15,282 nt of DNA from Thermoplasmatota archaeon (GCA_965234725.1 CBDDUX010000037.1:1-15282); one strand, 5' to 3'; shown: positions 1 through 8,961, counted from the first letter of the stretch. The notes: generated from the sequence alone by a model not told the origin. Numbers and translations are program-made.

Positions 1-18
1 TGGACGAAGAAGGAAAAT
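1..18 (+). repeat. Partial copy (right-hand site only, cut by window edge) of the 69-bp intergenic cassette-boundary element
   Basis: tgga-c-gaagaa-ggaaaat matches the right end of the other copies (tgga-c-ggaaaa-ggaaatt at 5025-5042; tgga-c-gtaata-ggcaaaa at 10112-10129). Same orientation, 55 nt beyond the stop of the 1531-aa gene. Confidence 0.75.
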
Positions 19-22
19 CTGA

Positions 23-50
23 GCCTTCTTCTTCTCGGAGAGGAGGAGGC
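23..50 (+). other. Short stem-loop (possible terminator-like hairpin) next to the boundary element
   Basis: gccttcttctt (23-33) pairs with gaggaggaggc (40-50) in an 11-bp stem with 3 G-U pairs on the + strand. ccttcttc (24-31) is also the perfect complement of gaagaagg (6-13). Confidence 0.3.
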
Positions 51-73
51 GAGGACCAGTTTATTTGATTCCT

Positions 74-3000
74 TCATTCCATCGGTGGATTGTCATATTC
101 CATGAAATAATCTTCTTCGGAAGCTTCGTTGAATGATTGATCCAAATTTGAATCTGCGGGGCCGTAGAGATCCTCGTAGGTTGTGGCGGATTCCCTTATC
201 AGATCACCCACATCTTCTCCTTCGGTGATTTTTTCATTAGTTTCGTTTCCTTCATCATTCGCAGACGTTTTTCTCCTGGCAACAATGATCAAGGCGATGA
301 TAATGATCAATACCACGAGGATGACCAGGATCAGGACCGGGACTATCGGGAACTCATCTGCATTTTTTTCTCCTTCATCGATCGTACTCTCCTTCAACAG
401 AACGATTTCACCAAGATCCTTCTTATCCCCCATGATCACATCGATCTCTATGGTTGAATTATCGTATCCATCTTTATAGAAGATCAGCTTGTAATGACCG
501 TTCTCCAGAGACAGAAAGAAGTCTCCTGTTTGTCCGGTCTTCATCATCATCAATCCGTTTGCATAAACCTCGACATCTCTCAGGATGTTGGAATTTTCAT
601 CCACAAGTGTCCCTTTGACTTCGGCATATCCGATCGTTGTGAAGGTCCAGTTGAAAGGATCAAATGGAAGTCCGTCAATGTCGAAACCAGAGAAATTGAC
701 CCTGTATTGTGTGGATGGATCCAATGCCGAATCCGGAGCGAAAACAGCCTTGTTCCCGGAAATCGTGAGAGTTCCGTTTACTCCCTCGAGACGGAGATCC
801 AGGACCCTAATATTCTTCGACAGGACCACCTCTACCGATGAGTCCATTGGAACATTGTCCCCCTCGGGTGATATCGATACCAATGTGGCAATCTCTCCGG
901 TTAAGAATTCGATACGATCATGAGCCCAGTTGCCAGCAAGATCAACCGCCTTTATTCTGGTCTCATGTTTACCTGGATTGATATCCGAAATGGTTATGGT
1001 TCCAGTGTTGGGAATCAAGTAGAAATCTTCATCGTCGAGTGAGAAAAGAATTTCCATCAATCCAGATCCTGTTTCCGTCAGGTCCCAGTTGAAAGTAACC
1101 GCATCCTCCTCGATCAGGGTGCCTGGATCGGGAGAAGTGAAACGAATGAAAGGTCGATCGGTATCGCACTGGAATCCGAGTGCGGTCACGTTCTGATTTC
1201 CTGCATTATCAACACCCATGACTCTGAGTGTATGGTTTCCGGTTGAAATATCGTTGAAAGAGAAACTCGTTTTATTCCCCCAGTATTCCCAACCGCCGTA
1301 GTTGATGCTTATCATATAATATCCGATTCCTGTTATCGGATCCTCAGCAGACCAGTTTATTCCAACCGTCGTCCGGTTCGTTATAACTGCTTCCAGGTCC
1401 GACCAGATATCCAGGACAGGTGGTGTAGTATCTACGATGAAGGAGACCATCCTTGTCACAGGATTACTAACTTTATCGATTGCTTTGACTATAACATGAT
1501 GTATCCCGTCAGTCAGATTGACAAGAGTGTGAGAGTTAATCGAATCGGCCCTGACCCATTCTCCATCATCGAGTGAAATCCATGCCTCATAAAAACCTGT
1601 ACCATCATCCAGGACTTCCCATTCAAGCTTCACATCTGATCTGTTGAAGATGGTATTATTGACAGGATCCAGTTTATGGAAGAATGGTGATGTTCCATCT
1701 CCTATCAGATCAATGGACTCTGACAGCACACTCTCACCATATTGATTGAGCGCCGTAATCCTATAGGCATATCTCTTTTCATTGACGATGGTGGTATCAT
1801 TGAATGAGTCCATGCCACCTTCAACATCGAAAACCTGGGTCTCCTCCCCCTGGGAATCCCTGTATATCTTGAAACCCTCGATAGAATCAAGACGATTCCA
1901 TTCAGGTTCGTCCCATGAAACCGATACATTCCCGTTTCCGACCGTTCCCGAAATGTTGATCGGAGGACCTATCAGTCTGAAAGGATGATCGACAAGAGGA
2001 TAATTGTCATGATTGACCTCACCAGAAAGAGGGTAAGGCTCGTCAACAATTCCGTCATTGTTGAGATCAGGACCTGTCCAGTCGCTCCAGTAATTCCCAC
2101 GTAGATAACTGTTATTCCAGTAATCGGCATTGTTATCGCATCTTGCCTGGATATGGCTGGAATTGAATTCCTCTCCGGCTCCGTTGTTGTTTATGAAGAT
2201 ATTAGAATAGAACCAGGAAGTCGATTCATGATAGGGATTTCCGTCGGTTAAGATTGCATAACCTGGGCATTCGGCGAATAGATTATCATGAATTTCTTGT
2301 CTATTTATATGGCTTGGTCTCAGACCAGTTGACACATTGATGAAAATATTGTGATACACCTTGGTTTCAACGCCAGGGTAGGATACTCCAGTACCAGAGA
2401 GATTTCGCAAATCACAATTCCTGATGAATCCCCTTGATACTCCGCTGAAGCTGATTGCCTTTTTACCTCCTTTGAAAAAGCAATTATCCACATCAATGTT
2501 ATTGGTATGTTCGACATAAATAGATCTTTCTATACCAGTAAAGAAACAATCCAGAATCTTGACATTTTCAGGTTCATCGTTTCTTTCGCCAATTATAGTA
2601 ATCCCATTCTCGGAATTGTAGAAACAGCATTTCTCAATAAATAAATCCGGAGAGTATTCCAACAAGATACAAGTGGATGAATTGGAAAACCCACTGTCTG
2701 TTATTCTCATGGATCCGCAATTATATGTTCTTATACAACTGCCGGTATCTTTGAAACTCAGGTTGTGGATTTTCAAACCGGAAGATGAAAAGGCCTGTAT
2801 TGAGTGGGACCTGTTGGTAATGGTAAGATCCTCGATCCTGTAATTATTCACCTTGTTGATGATGATCTGTCCCCAGATCTCATCTTTTCCTATCACATGA
2901 TTATTACCCGATGTCATGAACAATACAGGTCTTCCGTCAAGTGAATTATTGGAGGGCAATATTATATCCAGGTCATCTGGAGAATCGATGATGAAAAGAA

Positions 3001-4669
3001 AATCACCCCCGATCAGTTGGTTGGAATAATAGCTTACTGAAAAACAATCCTCCTGATATACTCCGGTATCGGATCCAGAGATTCCGATATCGGATCCGGA
3101 GATAATTGTGTTGTCTACAATATAAATCTCATTATTATCTTCGAGTGAAACACCACCGTAAAAGGTTTCAATTCTATTTTTTCTTATAATTATAGAATTA
3201 CTGTCTTCAATATTCACAGAAGATGATGAGGATATATTGCATCCTTCAATACGGATTTGTTCACAATTTCTGATATCAAAAGGAACGTATCCTGTTTTTA
3301 TATTGAGTCCTATAAAAACACTGTCAACAGAGGATCTCATTTCAAATATCTTACTTCCATGATTATCAGTTATGTTGCAGGAAATAAACCTGAGTTCACT
3401 GGAATCGATTATATTGAAACAATCATATGAACCATTCTTGAAATTGCAATCCTTGACATATAGTTCTTCAGAATTCTCTACTTCAATGAAACTTGCCTGG
3501 AGGTCTTCCATTGTACAATTCTCTATTGATATCCTTGAACAGTCATACATTGAAATTCCAAAAAAGCTATTAGAAATTGACAGGTTATCAATAAGAATAT
3601 CATTTGAATAAATCAACTCAAAACATTCAGGATACGCTTCGTGGTCATTTCCTGAAATTCTCAATGAGGACATGTTGATCATTATCAATTGAGAATGATT
3701 CGGATTCTCTTTGAATGGTGTGAGGTTGTTGTCCATTAATACCAATATCGGAAGACCGTCAATTGTGTTGTTTAGTGGGATTTCCATGGTATAAATGTCC
3801 GATAGCTCTCCACCGACCTTCAAGCCCCATCTGCCAAGTTGGTTGTCATACGTAGTTACGTTTCTTGATGAGGAAATGTCTATATGTCCACCTGATCCGC
3901 TCATATTGTTACTCGAAATAAGAACTTGTTCACAATTGTATATTGAGAATCCATCCGGATATGAAGGCCCTCTGCTGTTATTTTTTATGACAATATCAAC
4001 ACAAGATGTGAATCTGAATAAGTTAGTATCATTCAATTTATTGCTTAGGATGTTGATATCATTAGATTTTTGAACCTGAAGGTTGTAATCATCCTGCCTA
4101 TTATTAAAAAAAGTAAAATTGATGCAGTTTACAACGTAGGTTCTGTCCTTTAAATTGGATTTTGATATTGAAAGGTTTTTACAACCATTGAAATAACCCC
4201 AATAGTCAAAACCATGACCATGGGTCTTGATATCGGTCAATTTAATACAAGAACATTGATATGCATAGATTAATTGACCCCATTCTTGTATGGAAAGGTT
4301 TTCCATGATGATATTACTGACATTTTTGAGATGTATACTGGTTTCATGAAGATAGGATTGCGAAGAACAATTCTTCATGTTAATATGAAGGTTTACGTTT
4401 TTTATTTCAAGAGCATACCCTTCATATCTTGGAAAAACCAATCCCTCGATTATATAAGGGTTGGATTCGGTTCCGTTTCCCGGCCATCCGTTGGATGAGG
4501 ATTGGTTTACAAGATCACTATTGCCATCGATCAGAATTGGAGTGAACTCAAGAGGAGGATCATCTCGCAGAATGGTTTCATTTTGGATTTCTCTTCCCTC
4601 TCCATCCATTGGAAGGTTTATCATTGATACAATCAGAACAATGATTACAACTATCTGCTTCAAATTCAC
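74..4669 (-). CDS. Large secreted, membrane-anchored surface protein: NosD/CASH-like right-handed parallel beta-helix repeats, FN3, about 3 Ig-like domains, Big_5/SbsA-like Ig, carboxypeptidase-regulatory-like domain, C-terminal TM and acidic tail (1531 aa)
   Basis: N-terminal signal peptide (KQIVVIIVLIVSMI). PILIDGN..GWPGNGTESNPYIIEGL cap, many I.I.N..I beta-helix turns and GNYWSDWTGPDLNNDGIVDEPY..D.YPL typical of archaeal NosD-like proteins. FN3 motif (VSWDEP..GFKIYRD..YAYRITALNQYGES), repeated DTTPP/D.AGN Ig units, TM IVPVLILVILVVLIIIIALIIVA followed by RRK. GTG start. Domains recognised by eye. Confidence 0.9.
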   Translation of the reverse strand: MNLKQIVVIIVLIVSMINLPMDGEGREIQNETILRDDPPLEFTPILIDGNSDLVNQSSSNGWPGNGTESNPYIIEGLVFPRYEGYALEIKNVNLHINMKNCSSQSYLHETSIHLKNVSNIIMENLSIQEWGQLIYAYQCSCIKLTDIKTHGHGFDYWGYFNGCKNLSISKSNLKDRTYVVNCINFTFFNNRQDDYNLQVQKSNDINILSNKLNDTNLFRFTSCVDIVIKNNSRGPSYPDGFSIYNCEQVLISSNNMSGSGGHIDISSSRNVTTYDNQLGRWGLKVGGELSDIYTMEIPLNNTIDGLPILVLMDNNLTPFKENPNHSQLIMINMSSLRISGNDHEAYPECFELIYSNDILIDNLSISNSFFGISMYDCSRISIENCTMEDLQASFIEVENSEELYVKDCNFKNGSYDCFNIIDSSELRFISCNITDNHGSKIFEMRSSVDSVFIGLNIKTGYVPFDIRNCEQIRIEGCNISSSSSVNIEDSNSIIIRKNRIETFYGGVSLEDNNEIYIVDNTIISGSDIGISGSDTGVYQEDCFSVSYYSNQLIGGDFLFIIDSPDDLDIILPSNNSLDGRPVLFMTSGNNHVIGKDEIWGQIIINKVNNYRIEDLTITNRSHSIQAFSSSGLKIHNLSFKDTGSCIRTYNCGSMRITDSGFSNSSTCILLEYSPDLFIEKCCFYNSENGITIIGERNDEPENVKILDCFFTGIERSIYVEHTNNIDVDNCFFKGGKKAISFSGVSRGFIRNCDLRNLSGTGVSYPGVETKVYHNIFINVSTGLRPSHINRQEIHDNLFAECPGYAILTDGNPYHESTSWFYSNIFINNNGAGEEFNSSHIQARCDNNADYWNNSYLRGNYWSDWTGPDLNNDGIVDEPYPLSGEVNHDNYPLVDHPFRLIGPPINISGTVGNGNVSVSWDEPEWNRLDSIEGFKIYRDSQGEETQVFDVEGGMDSFNDTTIVNEKRYAYRITALNQYGESVLSESIDLIGDGTSPFFHKLDPVNNTIFNRSDVKLEWEVLDDGTGFYEAWISLDDGEWVRADSINSHTLVNLTDGIHHVIVKAIDKVSNPVTRMVSFIVDTTPPVLDIWSDLEAVITNRTTVGINWSAEDPITGIGYYMISINYGGWEYWGNKTSFSFNDISTGNHTLRVMGVDNAGNQNVTALGFQCDTDRPFIRFTSPDPGTLIEEDAVTFNWDLTETGSGLMEILFSLDDEDFYLIPNTGTITISDINPGKHETRIKAVDLAGNWAHDRIEFLTGEIATLVSISPEGDNVPMDSSVEVVLSKNIRVLDLRLEGVNGTLTISGNKAVFAPDSALDPSTQYRVNFSGFDIDGLPFDPFNWTFTTIGYAEVKGTLVDENSNILRDVEVYANGLMMMKTGQTGDFFLSLENGHYKLIFYKDGYDNSTIEIDVIMGDKKDLGEIVLLKESTIDEGEKNADEFPIVPVLILVILVVLIIIIALIIVARRKTSANDEGNETNEKITEGEDVGDLIRESATTYEDLYGPADSNLDQSFNEASEEDYFMEYDNPPME

Positions 4670-4772
4670 TAACCCACTTCCAATATAGTCAGGATTACCC
4701 TCTTCCCTTCCGGGACTTTATCGAAATTGATTGTAGGAGTTGATAAAGATTATCTCTGTATGTGTAAATTGA

Positions 4773-4961
4773 TCACTCCCACTCAATGGTTCCGGGAGGT
4801 TTGGATGTGACATCTACAGCCACTCCATCCACTCCATCAAGGCTCATCAATTTCTCAACTATATCATCAAAGAATGCATCCGGAAGCTCAGATACCTCCG
4901 CAGTCATGGCCCTCCTGGACCAGACAGGTCTTATTAGTAATATCATCCGGACCAAGAACAC
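4773..4961 (-). pseudogene. guaA: Orphan 3' fragment of GMP synthase (GuaA/GuaAB C-terminal dimerisation domain)
   Basis: The translation ends LIRPVWSRRAMTAEVSELP...V.GVAVDVTSKPPGTIEWE*, the diagnostic GMP synthase C-terminus (R.V....MTA...D.TSKPP.TIEWE). Only about 60 codons are present. The upstream part is missing and the boundary element starts 12 nt further on. Confidence 0.88.
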
Positions 4962-4973
4962 TGAAAGATTCAG

Positions 4974-5042
4974 CTTTTCAACGAGAAAGGCAAAATCTAA
5001 ATGGTGAGAAGATGTTTCCTCAATTGGACGGAAAAGGAAATT
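4974..5042 (+). repeat. 69-bp cassette-boundary element, copy 1
   Basis: cttttcaa-c-gagaaa-ggcaaaa-tctaaatggtgagaagatgtttcctcaattgga-c-ggaaaa-ggaaatt. By hand count 52/69 identical to the 9132 copy and 50/69 to the 10061 copy, ungapped. Confidence 0.92.
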
Positions 5043-5123
5043 TCTTTTTATTCTATGGCAATTAGGTAGTTCAGAATAAATACCTTCAGTTATTATGATT
5101 ATTATTGATTTGACTATTTTTTT

Positions 5124-8100
5124 CTATCTGGAATGGATGATTTTCCCCTCCCTTCTCAGGGTAAAAAATGCCGCCATTGTAATAGATCCTGCAAGAATGG
5201 CAACAATGATCAGAATGGTCAGTATAATTACCAATGAATTACCAACCCTGTCACCCTTGATCTTATCTGTCTCGTTCCCTGAAGTAGTACTATTGTCCAG
5301 ATTATACCCCCTAATATTTTCATCATTTGTGATATCCTGGTTATTTAATGGAGAGAGCATCATATGGCACGGTGCAACATTCCTACCGTCGGTAAGATCC
5401 AAAAGTAGCATCCCTTCGTTCCCTGATAGCTGTAATACCTTTAGATGGATAAGATATGGATTCTTTGTATCCATTTCTACGAACCTCCATGATCCTTCAG
5501 ATATGTAGGCCGATGAGATCCATGCTTTCACTGATATTCCACCTTTCATGGCTGAGATAAGTATATGTTTAGTCGGTGTACTGTTCTCGAAAGATTCAAA
5601 TAAATCTATTCTGAACTCAAGTTCTGGTTCAATCCGCTCCTCATACTCGATTGGAATGACTCTGAGATAAACAGATTCAGAAGCCAGGATCTTTCCATTG
5701 AGGTCTATAAATACAGTGACCGTTGATTCCACCTGCGCAAAAGGTGCTGTGTAATTTATGGACCAGGCACCAGGGAATAACTCCTCAAAAGTGGAGAAAG
5801 AACCTCCAGCTTCATTGTCATTTATTTTGAGTACCATTCCACCTTCAAGCATTTTTTCGTTCAAGATGATGAACAATTGGGTGGATGAACCTTCGATGAT
5901 AGTCTTTGATCCGGCTCCAATTTGAAGTGCTGGTGGAAGAGGAACTTCTTGAGTATCTTCCTCCACATCATTGATAACCATGATATTGATGAACTCCTCC
6001 CAGAGAATGACTTTATCGATGATGGCCTTGAAAACAAGATCCTTCTCTCCATGATCACGCGGGCAGTATTTCGCCATCCAGATGGAATCTCCTGCTTTGA
6101 ACATCTCGATATTCGTATCCATATTATCAATATCGAACAATTCCAGTTCCAGGTTCTCCTCCTTGAAGTTCCCAACTACCTTTGCAGATATCGATACCAT
6201 TCCATCTATTGTTATCCTTGGTGGGAAAACCATGAGGTCAACATCGAATTCAATTTCTTCCTTATCAGGCAGCAACCGCTCATCAACGATCTCAACCATC
6301 TGATGTGAACTGACTGAAATACCTTTTATCTTGATCTCGGCTGTTAAAGTAACAGCTCCAAAATAGCCCTTGGGAACCGTCCATCGGGTAGAATATATCC
6401 CCAGAGAGTTCTCGGTGGTTTCAGTAAAGGTTCCAAGACCGTTGGTCGAATACCATTCTATCTCTGCATTCTCGAAGATACCATTCAGATCTACAGCGGT
6501 AGCAACCATGTCGATATATTGGCCCTCTGCAGCAATGTGTTTGCTGGCCGTTATCTCCATCCTAGCATCCACCGGGAACGAATAGATACGGGCCAATGTT
6601 ACAACAATTAGAGAATCACTCCCTCTCTGGTTCTTGCAAAGCCATGAGTTTGTGATAGCCCCCAATTCCTCGCTGATCTTCTGGACCTTGCTTGTGAAAC
6701 CATCGAAAAGGGTCAGTTCCAACGCATGTGTCCATGGGTTGCTGAAATAATTAGAACGGTCTGTCATCATGAAAAGTACATCATCCAGACCATCCGAATT
6801 CATGTCTTCAGATATGAAAGGATAGGAAATACCCCCAGATTGTTTCTCTGTGAGGAATTGATATCTGTTTTGAGATGGCTCCACCAGATAGATAGAATCC
6901 AAAGTCTCAATAAGAATTTCATCTTCAAAATTGTTGTTAGTGTCAAATCCACCGATTATCAATGAGGACTTGTTCTCCCACAGGATCTCTCCGGTTTCTT
7001 CATCATGTATGGTAATTTTCGAAAATAGTTTTTGAGAAGTATCTATATTTATATAGGAATCCCACCTGAGAAGTATCTCATGGTCTCCATCTCCATCGAA
7101 ATCGAAGTAGGATGCTTTTACTGGTTGGACCCATCTTGTTGAGGAAACATTGAGTATAGACCATTTTTCTGTACCAGTCTCTATATTGATGGAACTGATT
7201 TCATACAACCCATCCTGCAGTGTATAGAAAAATCCAGTAGGATAGTCATCTTCTTCCTCCATTATCATATTGACATATTTCATATCGGTCTCCCAATCAT
7301 ATGATATCATATCATCTTCGATCCTGGTAAGCCTGAAATCCGAACCTATGAAATTCAACACATAAAGTGAATCATCATCCATTATAGTCTCAAAATATCC
7401 ATAATCAAAGATGTCTCTTTGTTCCTTGAACAATTTCTCCCCTACTCCACCTACCCATGGATCCCAAATGTTAAACGTGGATTCGTATTTATCAACAAAG
7501 AAGACAAGATCACCGTTTTGAGAGGGAATCGTTCTTATCGATTCAAATGAGGAGTAAGTATAACCGGAATATGTGAATGATTGCAGTTCGCCTGATGTCA
7601 TATCCAGTACATTTAATTCATTAATCATTTCTACAAGAATATAATTATTGCCAAGAGGCCCCATCAACCTCTTGATTACATGATTATAACCGGACCACCC
7701 TTCGAGATGTGTAGACCAAAGGGTTATTCCATTCGACGGGTCCAATCTCTCGACAGTTGTGGTTGTTGCGTTATGATCAATGATGAAAATATCCTCTTCC
7801 ATATCATTATCTATGTCTGATAAAGATATCCATCTCCCAACATACTCTCCGGACCTCATGGTGGTCCTCTTTTCCCAGATAATACTTCCATCAACGGTGT
7901 CGATATAACATAAACGGGCAAGATCCTGGGTCCAATATCCACAAGATGTCAAAATTCTCTGGTATCTTGTGCCTTCATTATCGATCCCTGTGAATGTGGA
8001 ATAGTCTCTGAAGGTTGTCATCCAGTCTGCCCTGTAATTCCTTTTGAGTGAAAAATCCCCTTCAAGTTCTTCTAGTTTCACCCTGCCAGAAAAGAACATA

Positions 8101-8954
8101 CCAAGACTTTCTGTGTCAACAAATGATTTCAGACTGAAATCTATCTCATCAAGGTCACCTGAAGTCAAATGGCCTTCTGATTTCAGTTCCAGAGGCTCAA
8201 CTCCAGAAAGATCGAATGGAATATCTGGAGGTACTATCAAACCCAATTGGATCCTGCTTGTTCCATTGAGGATCGAGGATATCTCCAAGGGAAAGACCGG
8301 CTCGTCTGTTTCGAACTCATAGATCAACGGATCTATGGATGTCTGGACAGTTCCAATGGGAAACCTGTCAAGAGCAAAATAGGGAAATCCCCTGGCGACA
8401 TAATTTTCAATTACACCCTCTAGTTTCTCTGGCCATACTTCTATCTCCATGTCCAATCTGTCAAGCATATCATTGATACCGGTTTTCAGATCCGCTACAG
8501 AATTGACTTTAATCACCAGTACATCATGGACTCCCAACGATTCTTCAAGGATTATCGAGATACCGTCATCAGGACCTCCTGCACCATTACTTTGTTCACC
8601 ACTATCACCAGTCCTGTAGTCCCAACTGGCATCATGTTTGAGTCGATCTTCGAAAACATTGGTTATGTTACTGAATATGGTTGCATTTCCCAATGATACA
8701 TCTGGTTCCGATGGAAAGGGTACGAAATGGATACCTTCTGTTTCTCCCGTTCCCCAAATATTGATTGACAGATATAATCGTTCGATATTACCATTCCAGC
8801 ATACAATTGCATTCTGTCCTGGTTCATAGACTTGAAAATCTACAACTGGAATATAACATCCATCACCCTTAGTATTCAGTGGCAAATGTAATATCATCAG
8901 CAGCCCAACAAAACAGGTTATTAGGATGCTAACTCTTCTCCTCAATTTCATCAA
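5124..8954 (-). CDS. Secreted, membrane-anchored protein: N-terminal DUF2330-like domain, PQQ/FG-GAP-like beta-propeller, Ig-like stalk, C-terminal TM (1276 aa; start may be the ATG at 8951)
   Basis: Signal peptide (KLRRRVSILITCFVGLLMIL). DUF2330-like motifs (DGCYIP..QNAIVCWNG..ERLYLSI..FVPFPSEP; YVARGFPYFALD; PLIYEFETDEPVFPLEISS). PQQ-type G..lW repeats (GSIIWEK, GITLWST, GTEKWS, GEILWEN) and Ca-loop motifs (DIDNDMEEDI, DFDGDGDHEI, DMNSDGLDDV). TM near the C-terminus. GGAGG upstream. Confidence 0.88.
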   Translation of the reverse strand: MMKLRRRVSILITCFVGLLMILHLPLNTKGDGCYIPVVDFQVYEPGQNAIVCWNGNIERLYLSINIWGTGETEGIHFVPFPSEPDVSLGNATIFSNITNVFEDRLKHDASWDYRTGDSGEQSNGAGGPDDGISIILEESLGVHDVLVIKVNSVADLKTGINDMLDRLDMEIEVWPEKLEGVIENYVARGFPYFALDRFPIGTVQTSIDPLIYEFETDEPVFPLEISSILNGTSRIQLGLIVPPDIPFDLSGVEPLELKSEGHLTSGDLDEIDFSLKSFVDTESLGMFFSGRVKLEELEGDFSLKRNYRADWMTTFRDYSTFTGIDNEGTRYQRILTSCGYWTQDLARLCYIDTVDGSIIWEKRTTMRSGEYVGRWISLSDIDNDMEEDIFIIDHNATTTTVERLDPSNGITLWSTHLEGWSGYNHVIKRLMGPLGNNYILVEMINELNVLDMTSGELQSFTYSGYTYSSFESIRTIPSQNGDLVFFVDKYESTFNIWDPWVGGVGEKLFKEQRDIFDYGYFETIMDDDSLYVLNFIGSDFRLTRIEDDMISYDWETDMKYVNMIMEEEDDYPTGFFYTLQDGLYEISSINIETGTEKWSILNVSSTRWVQPVKASYFDFDGDGDHEILLRWDSYINIDTSQKLFSKITIHDEETGEILWENKSSLIIGGFDTNNNFEDEILIETLDSIYLVEPSQNRYQFLTEKQSGGISYPFISEDMNSDGLDDVLFMMTDRSNYFSNPWTHALELTLFDGFTSKVQKISEELGAITNSWLCKNQRGSDSLIVVTLARIYSFPVDARMEITASKHIAAEGQYIDMVATAVDLNGIFENAEIEWYSTNGLGTFTETTENSLGIYSTRWTVPKGYFGAVTLTAEIKIKGISVSSHQMVEIVDERLLPDKEEIEFDVDLMVFPPRITIDGMVSISAKVVGNFKEENLELELFDIDNMDTNIEMFKAGDSIWMAKYCPRDHGEKDLVFKAIIDKVILWEEFINIMVINDVEEDTQEVPLPPALQIGAGSKTIIEGSSTQLFIILNEKMLEGGMVLKINDNEAGGSFSTFEELFPGAWSINYTAPFAQVESTVTVFIDLNGKILASESVYLRVIPIEYEERIEPELEFRIDLFESFENSTPTKHILISAMKGGISVKAWISSAYISEGSWRFVEMDTKNPYLIHLKVLQLSGNEGMLLLDLTDGRNVAPCHMMLSPLNNQDITNDENIRGYNLDNSTTSGNETDKIKGDRVGNSLVIILTILIIVAILAGSITMAAFFTLRREGKIIHSR

Positions 8955-8961
8955 GAAATTG

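Noticed and set aside
3067-3100. Local palindrome and duplication (tccgatatcgga; atcggatcc twice)
   Set aside because: It lies inside coding sequence and is explained by the ISGSD-IG-ISGSD peptide duplication.
4974-5042. Reading the element as canonical integron attC or Xer dif
   Set aside because: A GTT occurs on the minus strand of copy 1 only (GGC in copies 2 and 3). There are no conserved RYYYAAC/GTTRRRY boxes, no end-to-end palindrome and no 11-6-11 TAA-N6-TTA pattern.
5089-5123. tta/tga low-complexity run and T-tract next to the 1276-aa gene stop
   Set aside because: It is a short AT-rich simple sequence, and the T-tract is on the wrong strand to terminate that gene. No function can be supported.
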